From an uncultured Clostridia bacterium (GTDB lineage: Bacteria > Bacillota > Clostridia > Oscillospirales > Oscillospiraceae), in NCBI GenBank assembly GCA_937967235.1, contig CALCJW010000192.1, positions 4,533 through 68,532 of the forward strand: a stretch of DNA of 64,000 nucleotides, written 5' to 3'. The notes under the pieces are model-generated. The model was not told the origin of the DNA. It saw only the letters and a list, made by a program, of their open reading frames with translations, and ran no database searches. Of the stretch, positions 9,094-18,519 are shown in pieces (the first letter of the stretch is position 1; each line of letters opens with the position of its first letter). Made by a program: the position numbers and the translations under genes.

Positions 9094-10323
9094 TCAGGCC
9101 CACGGCATGATCTCCGCAGGCCGCGTGTTCTGCGATACAGAGAGGGACAGGGCTTTGTGCTGCTTCTTGTAGATGCAGCGGCATTGCCGCGCCCGCCGTC
9201 TGTCACGCGCGAGTTTGTTCGAGTTGATTTTTCGATGGATAGGGATTTTACAGTCAAGCAATTTTTCGAGCCGGTCAGCGTACTTGCGGCGTAAAGAGTA
9301 GGTTTCACCATGGGCAGCATGGGCATCCCACGCATCAAAGCTCCGCAGGATTTCCTGCTTGGTCACTTCGCCTGCGGGGTATGCCGTCTCCCAATACTTG
9401 ATCTTGTTCTTCATCCGCTTAGAGCTATCCCGGCGCAGCTTTTGGATGACCGCGCCGGTGTCGGTCAGGTAGCTATGGAATCCCAGAAAATCAATACCGT
9501 TCCGCAGCGGGAAAATGGCGGTTTTCTGGTTCAGCTCAAGGCCGTAACTGTCCATGAGCGCCCGAACATCCCGGAGAATGCACTGCAATTTCTTCTTGTC
9601 CGAACAGATGATATAGAAATCATCCATGTATCGGCCATAGTATTTGATGCGGTACTTCTCTTTGATGATGTGGTCGAACTCATCCAAAAACATCAGCGCA
9701 AAGAGCTGGCTCGTCTGGTAGCCCAGCGGCAAGCCGTCCTCCATCACGTCGATGTAGATGCAAAGCAGCTCATAGACACGCGGGTCAACGCCGCGCTTGT
9801 CCAGCACGGCTTTGAGCTTGCGTTTTAGCTTCCGGTGGTCGATGCTGGCGAAGAAATGCCGCACGTCGCCTTTCAGCACCCAGCCGTCCGCGCCGTGGCC
9901 CTCACGGCGGTAATAGTCCACCATGTGAGTTTTCAGGCGCATCAGACCGTCGTCTGTGCCTTTGCCGGTCTGGCTTGCGTGGCTGTCCCGGATAAAGCTC
10001 TTTGTCAGAGCATCATACAGGATGTTATCGACCAGCGCGTGCAGCACCACCTTGTCCACAAACGCCGGGGCGTGTACCATGCGGCGCTTCGGCTCGTAGA
10101 CGGCAAAGACCTCAAACTTACTTGGCACATAGCATATCTGCTGCCGGATATCGCCGCCCGGCTGGCGTACATCGCGCACGGCCAGCTTGCGGGACAGCTT
10201 TTCCGTGCAGGCCAGCGCCTGCGCTTCGTACTCGATTGTTTTGCTTTTACTGTGCTTTCCCTTCCGGGCTTCAAGGTAGGCTTTGTAAAGTACCTCAAAG
10301 CTGCACAGTTCTTCGTATGTCAA
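9094..10323 (-). CDS. DGR reverse transcriptase
   Basis: 409-aa protein containing RYMDDFYIICSD, the YMDD RT active site, and finger/palm motifs. It lies between the TR and the target gene. Confidence 0.9.
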   Translation of the reverse strand: MTYEELCSFEVLYKAYLEARKGKHSKSKTIEYEAQALACTEKLSRKLAVRDVRQPGGDIRQQICYVPSKFEVFAVYEPKRRMVHAPAFVDKVVLHALVDNILYDALTKSFIRDSHASQTGKGTDDGLMRLKTHMVDYYRREGHGADGWVLKGDVRHFFASIDHRKLKRKLKAVLDKRGVDPRVYELLCIYIDVMEDGLPLGYQTSQLFALMFLDEFDHIIKEKYRIKYYGRYMDDFYIICSDKKKLQCILRDVRALMDSYGLELNQKTAIFPLRNGIDFLGFHSYLTDTGAVIQKLRRDSSKRMKNKIKYWETAYPAGEVTKQEILRSFDAWDAHAAHGETYSLRRKYADRLEKLLDCKIPIHRKINSNKLARDRRRARQCRCIYKKQHKALSLSVSQNTRPAEIMPWA

Positions 10324-10492
10324 AATGACCCTCCGCTGGTTCGCGTTACGGTAGTGGGCTGCATCCGGCAGGGATGGCCCGCCTCAGCGGGATGTATTTA
10401 TCACTTGCCTGCATCGGCAAGCGACGGGATATAGCCTCCTTTGATGGGCGCACTACTTTCAGCCGGGCTTACTCGTTTCACGGTTCCATCAG

Positions 10493-10613
10493 AGCGGGGC
10501 GAACACCATAGGAGTTGCTGCACCAGTTGTTGTTGTTGGAGCCATCCGAATTGACGTTCCAGACGTTGTTGGTGTTGTTGGTGTTCGGAGAGCGCAGCCA
10601 CCAGACGGCAGCG
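10493..10613 (-). repeat. DGR template repeat (TR)
   Basis: Non-coding 121-bp partner of the VR. It is rich in AAC triplets on the coding strand (plus-strand gttgttgtt). Confidence 0.85.
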
Positions 10614-10646
10614 TCAGAAAATAAGCTATACCCCTATGCAAAGCGG

Positions 10647-11249
10647 TCAGCCGCTTGCTTTTTCTTCTTCCGGGTCAGGCGGTGCGAGGGCGGCCCTCAG
10701 GGCTTTTACAAGCATGTAAAGCCGTTTCTTTTCTTCCGCCTGCCGGAGGGACTCGGCACGTTCGCGTTCCGACGTCAGCCACTTCATAGCCGGGTATTTC
10801 ACGTCCGTTACCTTTTTCGTCCAGATTCCGGATTTCTTCACGCTGATAATGCCGTCTTCTGTGCAAAGTTGCAGATATTGCAGCATCAAAGAGCAGCCAT
10901 CAATGACGTCACCGATCTTCTCAAGGCGCTTGTCATAGTCGGTCTGGAAATTGACGTTGTTTGCTGCGTAGGCATCCAGCAGGATTTGCCGGGCAGTCAT
11001 GCGAATGCCCTCTCCATAAAGCCGGTAGGTGCTTTTGGTAAAGCCTTCCCGGTTTCTCGTATCGAGGGCATGAACGGCAGTTTCGCACACTCTCTGAATG
11101 TCCTTGACATCTTCAAGGGCCGCCGCTTTTTGAAAGACCGCCCGCGCATCGCTCCGGCTTATATCGTCGGACACGGTGCGCGTTGCCCGCAGTGTGTAGC
11201 GCAGGAGCTCTTTTGCATTACGCCCAACTTTGAACGGTTGTTCAGCCAT
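10647..11249 (-). CDS. basic ~200-aa protein in the Avd position of the DGR (candidate accessory variability determinant, not a canonical Avd)
   Basis: Lies immediately upstream of the TR on the same strand. The start MAEQPFKV overlaps the upstream stop as TGATG. Arg/Lys-rich. No recognisable Avd four-helix-bundle motif. Confidence 0.45.
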   Translation of the reverse strand: MAEQPFKVGRNAKELLRYTLRATRTVSDDISRSDARAVFQKAAALEDVKDIQRVCETAVHALDTRNREGFTKSTYRLYGEGIRMTARQILLDAYAANNVNFQTDYDKRLEKIGDVIDGCSLMLQYLQLCTEDGIISVKKSGIWTKKVTDVKYPAMKWLTSERERAESLRQAEEKKRLYMLVKALRAALAPPDPEEEKASG

Positions 11250-11635
11250 CAGAACTCCACCCTCGCCTGTTCGGCGTTCCACGCACCGGTCACGGTCAGG
11301 CCGTCCAGACTGCCGAACGTGGCAGAGAACGGATTTTTCGTGACATTCGTGCCGAACTTCAGCTCAATGGCCTTGATGCTGGCGTTCATGGCTGCCACAC
11401 TGGCGCGGATGTCGCTGTGGGCGTTCTCCGCGTTGTTGTGGGCATCCACCGCCGCGCTGATGCGCTGGTCGGTCTCGGCCTTTTTGTAGCCGTCCAAATC
11501 CCACCGCTGGCTCTCGGTCAGGTGGCCGTCTGCATCCAGCGTGGCAATGCCGCCCGGCACACCGATCTGGTCAGTGCGGACAACATCTTCATCCGGCGCC
11601 TTGCCGGGGCCTGCGTTAAAAGGACCGTATGCCAT
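11249..11635 (-). CDS. tail fibre-associated protein
   Basis: IGVPGGIATLDADGHLTESQ resembles the GGxAxLDxxGKxP motif common in phage fibre proteins. Confidence 0.5.
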   Translation of the reverse strand: MAYGPFNAGPGKAPDEDVVRTDQIGVPGGIATLDADGHLTESQRWDLDGYKKAETDQRISAAVDAHNNAENAHSDIRASVAAMNASIKAIELKFGTNVTKNPFSATFGSLDGLTVTGAWNAEQARVEF

Positions 11636-12085
11636 TTAGGTTCCCCCTTCCTGTGCATCCGTGTATTTCACGGTGCTTGTAATGTGATACTGTGCAGAAA
11701 TTTTCTCGGTCGGAGCTTTGGCGGCCCTCAGCCGCAGCTTTCCTTCGAGGCTTTCGGTCGCAATAAAGCCCACCGCACCCGCCACATCGTAAAATTTCGG
11801 CAGTACCGTAACATCCACAATGTCGGTAGCCAACAGGCCCGCAATAGGGATGTCACAATAAAAATAGCCGGGGAAAGAATCATCTTCGCCCCAGCCATCG
11901 ACCGGAATCGTAAAAGACACCGCAGCCGTGACATCCTGCTTTTCGTGCAGGATGTCATCAGTTTCCTCGAATCCGTTTGCAGTTGCTTCGGAAAGGTCTC
12001 CGAGTGCGGTGTCGCACTGCTTGATGTGGCTGCAAAGCGCGGCAAGCCCTGTGCCCAAAAGCGTTTTGATCTTCGCTTTTGCCAT
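11636..12085 (-). CDS. hypothetical phage tail protein
   Basis: 149-aa ORF, syntenic within the fibre module. Confidence 0.45.
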   Translation of the reverse strand: MAKAKIKTLLGTGLAALCSHIKQCDTALGDLSEATANGFEETDDILHEKQDVTAAVSFTIPVDGWGEDDSFPGYFYCDIPIAGLLATDIVDVTVLPKFYDVAGAVGFIATESLEGKLRLRAAKAPTEKISAQYHITSTVKYTDAQEGGT

Positions 12086-12105
12086 AGAGCTTACCTCCTC
12101 ATGTC

Positions 12106-12975
12106 TTAGTCAGCCAGCAGAGCGGCGATCTCCTCTGCGGAGAAGTCCTCCACGTCCTCGTCGTGCAGAACATTCTCCGGCTCGGCGTACACGACGACTT
12201 CCTTGCCGTCGATGTTCACATTGCCGTTGGTGGAGCTGGCGGCAGTCTTGGTTGCGCCCTCAGAGACACCGGCCAGCTTTTCGCCCTCGGCATCGCTCAT
12301 CAGGCGCTTGCCAGCCTCGGCGCCCACGAAGTCCGCAGGCTTCTTGCCGCTGTCGGTCAGATTGCCCTCGCCATCCAGCGCAGCAAAGTTGCCGGTGGTG
12401 GCACCGGTGACCTTATCGGCCTTGCCGGAGATGTCCACTTCCTCAGGGGTGGGAACATACAGACCATCGTCCTTCAGAACCAGGGCGTTGCCGGCAGCAG
12501 CGGAAACGTTAACCTTGACATCCACCTCATAACCAGCGATGGTAACGGTGGTGGATGCATCCTTGCCAGTGGCCTTGGCCTTATAGGTATCGACCAGAGC
12601 AGCCATGTTCAGGAAAGAGTAGGTGCAGCTGTCGGGGTTCTCACCCTTGACGGCCAGAACCATGACCGGCTTGCCGTCCAGCTTGGGGTCGGTGGCGCCG
12701 GGATAGGTGGTGTCGGAGAACTTGAACTTGCCGACGAACGCGGTCTTGGTCTGGTCGAGGAACATCTCGGTCGGGAAGTCAATGGAGAAAGCAGCTGCGC
12801 CGGTCATGCCGGTGTTGGAGTAGAAGTTGACGGTGTTACCGGTCACCTTCAGGGCCTTAATGGCGGCGTTGGCAGCGGCCTCGACCGGGGTGAAAGCGTC
12901 CTTCTTGACGAAAGTCTTCTTGATCTCTGCGGTCAGGTTGCGGATGGTGGTCTTGGTAGAAATCTGCTTAGACAT
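12106..12975 (-). CDS. tail fibre protein
   Basis: TGNFAALDGEGNLTDSGKKPADF fibre motif; Gly/Thr/Ala-rich. Confidence 0.55.
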   Translation of the reverse strand: MSKQISTKTTIRNLTAEIKKTFVKKDAFTPVEAAANAAIKALKVTGNTVNFYSNTGMTGAAAFSIDFPTEMFLDQTKTAFVGKFKFSDTTYPGATDPKLDGKPVMVLAVKGENPDSCTYSFLNMAALVDTYKAKATGKDASTTVTIAGYEVDVKVNVSAAAGNALVLKDDGLYVPTPEEVDISGKADKVTGATTGNFAALDGEGNLTDSGKKPADFVGAEAGKRLMSDAEGEKLAGVSEGATKTAASSTNGNVNIDGKEVVVYAEPENVLHDEDVEDFSAEEIAALLAD

Positions 12976-12993
12976 AGTAGTGTCCTCCTAAAA

Positions 12994-14121
12994 TTATTTC
13001 AGCATATCAACGATTTCCTGCTGCGTTTCTTCCTCGTTCAGCAGGTCTTCGCTCGTCATAACGGTTTCTTTGCGGACAGTCAGCGCGTTTGCGCTGTCAA
13101 AGTCAAGGCCTTCGCCAATGCGGACGGCAATAGCGCCGCTCGCGTCACGCTTCAAGCCCTGACCGATGCTTACGCTACCGGTTTCACCCGAACCACCTCC
13201 TTTCCCGAACAGGGTTACGGTCGTCTGAATGTCTGCTTTCGGGATGCGCTGAGAAAAGAATCTGATGAAACCATCATGCGTTTCGCACCCGTTCAGGACA
13301 CCCGCTTTGGTCGTAGTATAGAAACTGCCGGGAGATACAACGCCAACGGGTACAAGCTCACTGGTGCTGTCCGACAGTTCTGCATCATAGATACACTGGT
13401 AGTAATCCATACCACCGGCATTTTCGTAATCATCCTCGCTGCGGGCGGGCTTCCACCCGTCCGCTGCAAGAGTGAGTTCGTAGGAGCCATAGTAGCCGCC
13501 GCCCGTACCGCCGTCCACCTGCTCCTTGATAAGGGCCTTGACCTGTTCTTCGTTCAGGATTTCCCCGGATTCAGACAGGTTCTTCACGGCAGCGCTGACC
13601 GCTGCCGTGATGGTCGCTGCATGGGCATCAGCGGCTGCGTTGTGCTTCTCAATTTCCGCCTTGACCAGCTTCATCAACGTCTGCACCTGAGGGTCAACGG
13701 TGATGGACAAGTTGGCTTCTGCCGAAACGGCCAGCAGAACGGCGATTTCAAACGAAAACTCGGAGTTTGTGCTTGCGGCAGGGACTTCAATGCCGCGCTC
13801 GTCCTGCATCAGGAACAGGAGTGTTTCGGCGCCGTCATTCAAGACACCGAAAACGCCGATCTGGTGCATAACGTAGGTGTCTGCTGCACCGGTGACCTGA
13901 ATGCTGACCTTACGGGCGGTTTTGCCGTCGTCTGTGACGGTTTCGATGCCCAGCAAGGACAGCTCGTGCGTGTTGCCGCTGACTGCGGTTTCTGCCGACA
14001 AGTCGGTGTCAACAGAGCCGGTGCCGCTCACGGCGCGGGTGATGGTCAGTGCGCCGCCGGAGAGAGATTCCGACAGCAGGGCGGCACCGGCTTTCGTGTA
14101 ACTGGATTTTTCCCAACTCAC
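12994..14121 (-). CDS. tail fibre / host-specificity protein (XkdV position)
   Basis: 375 aa, Gly-rich, positioned after the baseplate genes. Confidence 0.5.
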   Translation of the reverse strand: MSWEKSSYTKAGAALLSESLSGGALTITRAVSGTGSVDTDLSAETAVSGNTHELSLLGIETVTDDGKTARKVSIQVTGAADTYVMHQIGVFGVLNDGAETLLFLMQDERGIEVPAASTNSEFSFEIAVLLAVSAEANLSITVDPQVQTLMKLVKAEIEKHNAAADAHAATITAAVSAAVKNLSESGEILNEEQVKALIKEQVDGGTGGGYYGSYELTLAADGWKPARSEDDYENAGGMDYYQCIYDAELSDSTSELVPVGVVSPGSFYTTTKAGVLNGCETHDGFIRFFSQRIPKADIQTTVTLFGKGGGSGETGSVSIGQGLKRDASGAIAVRIGEGLDFDSANALTVRKETVMTSEDLLNEEETQQEIVDMLK

Positions 14122-14891
14122 GTTGTCTGTCCTCCAATCGTAATAGTTACGGTTTCATGTGTGTGTGCAAGTCTGCCTGCGGCATAGGCTTGCGCGGAAA
14201 CGGATTTCGGGGTGATGATTCCGGGGATTTCGACTTCCGCCATCATCCTTGCCGAAGCGGCGGCACCGGCAGTGTATGCCGTGGCTCCAACAGCTCGCGG
14301 CTTGATTACGCCAGGCAGCCGGATGGTGCAGGACATAGCCGTGCCGAGCTGAGCGACGGCAATGTATGCAGGCGGAGCTTCGGGCTGATAGGTAAATGCA
14401 ATGGAAAAAGGGATATGTGCCGGGACCTTTTTTGACAGAATGTCGAGAACGTCACTTGCAAAAAAGAAAAAATCGTTTTGGGGCGATGTGGAGATGTAAA
14501 GTTTGTTGTTGCGCTGATCGTCAAACGGTTCGAGCTTTATAATAGACGGCGATCCAGTATAGGCTTGAAGCATATCAGACAGAAGCGTCGCAGAAATTTT
14601 TCCAAATCCAATGATATAGGATTTAATGAGCCTGCGCCGTTCTTCCAACGTGCGCTGGCTTCGCGCTCTGATATAAAGAAAGCGTTCCAATTCAGCAATG
14701 GCCGCCTCGTCCATCGAGTCGATAAAGCCATTCTTGTAGATGTTCTCAATAGCATCCTGCGCATCATCCAGCAGCCTTCCGTTCGCTTTGAGGATAGCTA
14801 CCATTTCCCAAACCTCACGATAATACCGCGGGTAGTAGGAGATCAGCTCCTCGTAGTTGCTGGCAAACTGCCGGTTGTAGAATTTCTTCAT
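14118..14891 (-). CDS. XkdU-like (DUF2313) baseplate-associated protein
   Basis: Synteny with PBSX XkdS-T-U; N-terminal MKKFYNRQFASNYEELISYYPRYYREVWEM. Confidence 0.55.
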   Translation of the reverse strand: MKKFYNRQFASNYEELISYYPRYYREVWEMVAILKANGRLLDDAQDAIENIYKNGFIDSMDEAAIAELERFLYIRARSQRTLEERRRLIKSYIIGFGKISATLLSDMLQAYTGSPSIIKLEPFDDQRNNKLYISTSPQNDFFFFASDVLDILSKKVPAHIPFSIAFTYQPEAPPAYIAVAQLGTAMSCTIRLPGVIKPRAVGATAYTAGAAASARMMAEVEIPGIITPKSVSAQAYAAGRLAHTHETVTITIGGQTT

Positions 14892-16000
14892 GTGGCGACC
14901 GTCACCTCCCCGGCAACAGGGATAAAGTCAGCACCGGGCTTGATGTTTTCCGTGCCCCCGTTCAGCGTCAGGTCTTTGTAATCGAGCACGCTGTCCAGCT
15001 CGATGATGATCGCGCCGATGCGGGCGGCACGAATAACCACGTCGTCCGCTGCTGCCGTCGTCAGTGTCAGGTCTTTCAGGTATGCTGCGATCGCCTCCTG
15101 AGCCTGCGATCTCACCTCCTGCGGTGTGAAGCCGCTGGCAAGATCGGCAGTAAATGACACGTCGATCTTGATCTCACGGGCAGACACAGCGGTGAAGTGC
15201 GCACCGAGGTTAGCGACGCCTTCGCCCAGGCCATCGCCTACGGTATAGGTGTAGCCGTCCACCGTGGCCGTGTAGCCGTTGGTGGCAGGGTCGATGTACT
15301 TCTGCACCTCCGCGATCTTTGCGCTGGAGCAGGCGCGCCCGGAAGAGTCGATCAGGACAGCCTTCACGGTGTTCGGGCCGTTCCACAGTGGGTAGATACG
15401 AGCATGACCGATGCCATCGATGGACTCGCACCAGGTCTTGTAATGCTGTTTATTACCGTTCTCAGCAGGGCCCGCGATCTTTTCCCGAACGCGGGTGCGC
15501 AGGCTTTCGTCCTTCTCGCGGTCGGTGCCGTTCTCGTAAATCTCGCCGAACTTGGCATTTTTCAGACCTTCGATTTCGTTTACCGGGATTGCGGCCGTGC
15601 CGGCATAAACTACATTGCCAGCTTCACCTGGAACTTCTGCTTCCAGATAATACTCGCCTTCCAGTGTGTTGTAGCGCAGCAGGAAGTAGCGGCCGTCGTT
15701 ATAGAAGCGCGTCCCGGTGTCCGGGGTCGTACCCTCAAACGAAAACCTGTACTTCGCAGGGGTCGCAGCATGGCGGGTCACGCCGTACTCGTCCGCCTTG
15801 TCGTCCAGATCATCACCGGTAGCGGTGGCGATCGAAGCCATCTTTCTTGCAATGCCGATGTCGGTATACAGCTTTGCAATTTTGAGGCACGGGCCCGCGA
15901 CTGCATCATAGAAGATCGAACCCTGCCGGGTGTCGATGCCGTCCGGCGCATTATCCAAGACGTCTTGCAGAATCTTCTCATAGGTCATTTCTTCAAACAT
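14888..16000 (-). CDS. baseplate J-like protein (XkdT-like)
   Basis: 370-aa Baseplate_J-like sequence adjacent to XkdS/XkdU-like genes. Confidence 0.75.
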   Translation of the reverse strand: MFEEMTYEKILQDVLDNAPDGIDTRQGSIFYDAVAGPCLKIAKLYTDIGIARKMASIATATGDDLDDKADEYGVTRHAATPAKYRFSFEGTTPDTGTRFYNDGRYFLLRYNTLEGEYYLEAEVPGEAGNVVYAGTAAIPVNEIEGLKNAKFGEIYENGTDREKDESLRTRVREKIAGPAENGNKQHYKTWCESIDGIGHARIYPLWNGPNTVKAVLIDSSGRACSSAKIAEVQKYIDPATNGYTATVDGYTYTVGDGLGEGVANLGAHFTAVSAREIKIDVSFTADLASGFTPQEVRSQAQEAIAAYLKDLTLTTAAADDVVIRAARIGAIIIELDSVLDYKDLTLNGGTENIKPGADFIPVAGEVTVAT

Positions 16001-16404
16001 TAGATCACCTCCTCCACTTCGATTTCTCCATAGATGGTGTCAGCCGTAAACACGATCTGCGCCTGATCTTTGCCGAACGAGATGTCGAAGTCGTGACATT
16101 CTAGGATGCGGCTGTCCGGCGCGAGAGCATCTTTTACGAATCCCTCAATGACGGATTGCGCATACTCGCGGCTTGCATCCTTCGCAATAACGGCGTCTTC
16201 GATCTCAGAGCCGTACTGTTTATCGTAGATCAGGCACTTAAAACGCGGGGTGATTATGGCCTTTCGGATAGCCTGCTGCACCGCTTCGAGGTTATCCACG
16301 AAGCCGACGATTCGCCCCGCGTCAAGATCAAGACGGTACGTCCTGGACGGCATTTCCTGTGCATCCTGGACATCCGCGATATTGATTGGGATATAAACGG
16401 CCAT
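16000..16404 (-). CDS. XkdS-like (DUF2634) baseplate protein
   Basis: Internal start MAVYIPINIADV; synteny. Confidence 0.55.
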   Translation of the reverse strand: MAVYIPINIADVQDAQEMPSRTYRLDLDAGRIVGFVDNLEAVQQAIRKAIITPRFKCLIYDKQYGSEIEDAVIAKDASREYAQSVIEGFVKDALAPDSRILECHDFDISFGKDQAQIVFTADTIYGEIEVEEVI

Positions 16405-16405
16405 T

Positions 16406-16858
16406 TCAGATGTCCTTTCCGGCCACCTGGCCCGCCACTCGATCGAGGACGTAGTACAGCTTTCCATTGTTGATGGAAAGCAGATAAACCAGGTCGTCTT
16501 TTTGCAGATGGTTATAAACCTTCAAAGTCATTTTGTAGGCGTTGAGTTTTTCAACGTAGTGTTTGTGCTTGACCTTTGAGGTGTCACCGCCACGCGAATC
16601 AACGTGCTGGTGCTCGCCATCAACCTTCGTGTAGGTTTCATCCCGTAGCTCGCCCTTGTCTCCCATCGTATAGTCTGCATGGGTGGTGTAGTCGGTAAGG
16701 TGCCAAGGTACTATTAGCTGTTCGCCTGAGATCACGAGTTTGCTGTCATTGGCGGCGGTGATCTCCAGCGGGTCGTCCTTCGTGACGGTTCCTTGCAGGA
16801 TTGCACTTCCGGGCGGTATCAAGCCCTGAAAAAGCTCTTTCAAGCTGTTTGCCTCCAC
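16406..16858 (-). CDS. XkdR-like (DUF2577) baseplate/spike protein
   Basis: 150-aa ORF; synteny. Confidence 0.5.
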   Translation of the reverse strand: MEANSLKELFQGLIPPGSAILQGTVTKDDPLEITAANDSKLVISGEQLIVPWHLTDYTTHADYTMGDKGELRDETYTKVDGEHQHVDSRGGDTSKVKHKHYVEKLNAYKMTLKVYNHLQKDDLVYLLSINNGKLYYVLDRVAGQVAGKDI

Positions 16859-16863
16859 TCAGA

Positions 16864-17850
16864 TCAACCCTCCTTCTTGATCTCTGCTGCCGTTGTCAGC
16901 GTCAGGCTCATGGTATGCATATTGTCCTCAAACGCGTGGTCGTCGCTGTCCACATAATAGGCACGGCTTATGCCCAGATGCGGAATCTTTACCAGAATCG
17001 CCTTGCCGGATATAACGTCCGGGTCGCCCAGGATGTTGAGCGTCAGCGTTTCCTCCGGGTCGTCCAGGGTGTCGAGAACGCTCCCCACCAGGTCTTTGAC
17101 CTGGGCTTTCGTGAGGGATTCGTCTGGCTGCTGGATTTCCTGGAAAATGCCGATCTTTTGCTCCAGGGCGGAATTACTCTTCTCCGCGAGGGTGGTTCCC
17201 TCTTTCGAGATCATCCTCACGCGGGTTTTGATGGACTCAATGCTTTTTGTGTAGGAATAGCCATACAGGTTGGCGTCGCCGTCCACGACGAAGGAAATGA
17301 CCTGATCTTTCCGCTGAAGAAGGCTCAGTTTTCCCTTGTCGCTGCTGATAAAGTGCCGGGTGCCGGTCGCCTTGTAGTCAAGTCCGAGAGCGTCCAGCAC
17401 TGCATCCTGGCCGGTGGTCTTGCTCTTCGTAAGCTCAGGGATTTTGTAGGAACACTTTGCGACCTCTCCTGTGGGGATGCCAAAACGGGAGCACACGTCG
17501 GAGAATACCTGATCGGCGGTCTTGTTCTTGTAGACGAAAGTATCCTTGTTGTTGGCGAGGTAGATGCCGTTGTCGTATGCCTTGAATTTGAGCTGCTTCT
17601 TGTCGCCCTGGTTCTGGTTCATGAGGATGCCTCTGAACCGTTCCTTGCCATCGACCAGGAAAACGCACTGGTTTCCATCCGCAACATCGATGCCGCTGCG
17701 GGCGTGACGATAGCCGTCGTCGTCGATCATCGTCACGGTGATGGTGCGGGCAGAGCTGCCCTTGCGACCACTCCATCGGACGGACTGCACAAGGTTCGTC
17801 ATGTCGATCGTCTTCTTGTCCTTGACGACGAGCAACTGAATTTTCGCCAT
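16864..17850 (-). CDS. XkdQ-like / late control gene D-like baseplate hub protein
   Basis: 328 aa; synteny after the LysM protein. Confidence 0.6.
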   Translation of the reverse strand: MAKIQLLVVKDKKTIDMTNLVQSVRWSGRKGSSARTITVTMIDDDGYRHARSGIDVADGNQCVFLVDGKERFRGILMNQNQGDKKQLKFKAYDNGIYLANNKDTFVYKNKTADQVFSDVCSRFGIPTGEVAKCSYKIPELTKSKTTGQDAVLDALGLDYKATGTRHFISSDKGKLSLLQRKDQVISFVVDGDANLYGYSYTKSIESIKTRVRMISKEGTTLAEKSNSALEQKIGIFQEIQQPDESLTKAQVKDLVGSVLDTLDDPEETLTLNILGDPDVISGKAILVKIPHLGISRAYYVDSDDHAFEDNMHTMSLTLTTAAEIKKEG

Positions 17851-17862
17851 GCACAGTCCTCC

Positions 17863-18519
17863 TTACGGAATCTGCAAAACCTGTCCAGGTTTAATAAGAT
17901 TCGGATTGCTGCCGATCAGCGACTTGTTGGCGGCGTAGATACTAGAATACTTGGAGCCGTCCCCGTAGAGGGATTTTGCGATGTTGTACAGGCAGTCGCC
18001 TTTCTTGACGGTGTAGGTCTTCGGGGTGGACGTGCTGTCAACACGGGCCACGGTGTCCTGCACGGTAGCCACCAGGGACGAGTCGATCGTTACCGTTTTC
18101 AGCGACACCTCCTGATACTCTTTCAGTGTGATGTCGTAGTGATAGGTTCCGACGTCGCCGCCATCCTCACGGTAGTTGAAGCTCTCGATCGTACAGTAAA
18201 GGTTGATATACATTCCGGTGCAGATGAAGTGTATCGGAACGCGGCTCTTCTTCCACCGCTCGATCATACGGACATACAGAATCGGCGGAACGGCGATCAG
18301 GGACTTCATGCCCGGAAAGCCGTGCGCCGGAAAGAAACTGGAAAAACTGAACTGCAAAGCAGGACGGCTCTGCATGATCGTGACTTCACCCAGGCCGGTG
18401 AGATCAACAGAGCGGTTGTTGCTGCCGTTCTTGACGTCGAACTTCTCAGGCAGCACGGGCAGCCGCATCTTCTCTTTCTCCGCGTTCCAGGTGAGCCAAA
18501 TTTGGTAGTTAATAGTCAT
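17863..18519 (-). CDS. XkdP-like LysM-domain protein
   Basis: C-terminal YTVKKGDCLYNIAKSLYGDGSKYSSIYAANKSLIGSNPNLIKPGQVLQIP is a LysM domain. Confidence 0.65.
   Translation of the reverse strand: MTINYQIWLTWNAEKEKMRLPVLPEKFDVKNGSNNRSVDLTGLGEVTIMQSRPALQFSFSSFFPAHGFPGMKSLIAVPPILYVRMIERWKKSRVPIHFICTGMYINLYCTIESFNYREDGGDVGTYHYDITLKEYQEVSLKTVTIDSSLVATVQDTVARVDSTSTPKTYTVKKGDCLYNIAKSLYGDGSKYSSIYAANKSLIGSNPNLIKPGQVLQIP

Noticed and set aside
7814-9184. ORF-track N-terminal extension of the target gene (residues 1-37)
   Set aside because: It overlaps the 3' end of the RT gene. A strong AAGGAGGT RBS precedes the internal MANVKLGT start at 9073.
10401-10601. 66-aa minus-strand ORF
   Set aside because: It lies across the DGR template repeat, which functions as a non-coding RNA template. 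Gln-rich translation of the AAC-rich TR.
12163-14187. 674-aa plus-strand ORF, plus the other long plus ORFs at 16801..18555 and 19979..21598
   Set aside because: Antisense to tail fibre, baseplate and tape measure genes.
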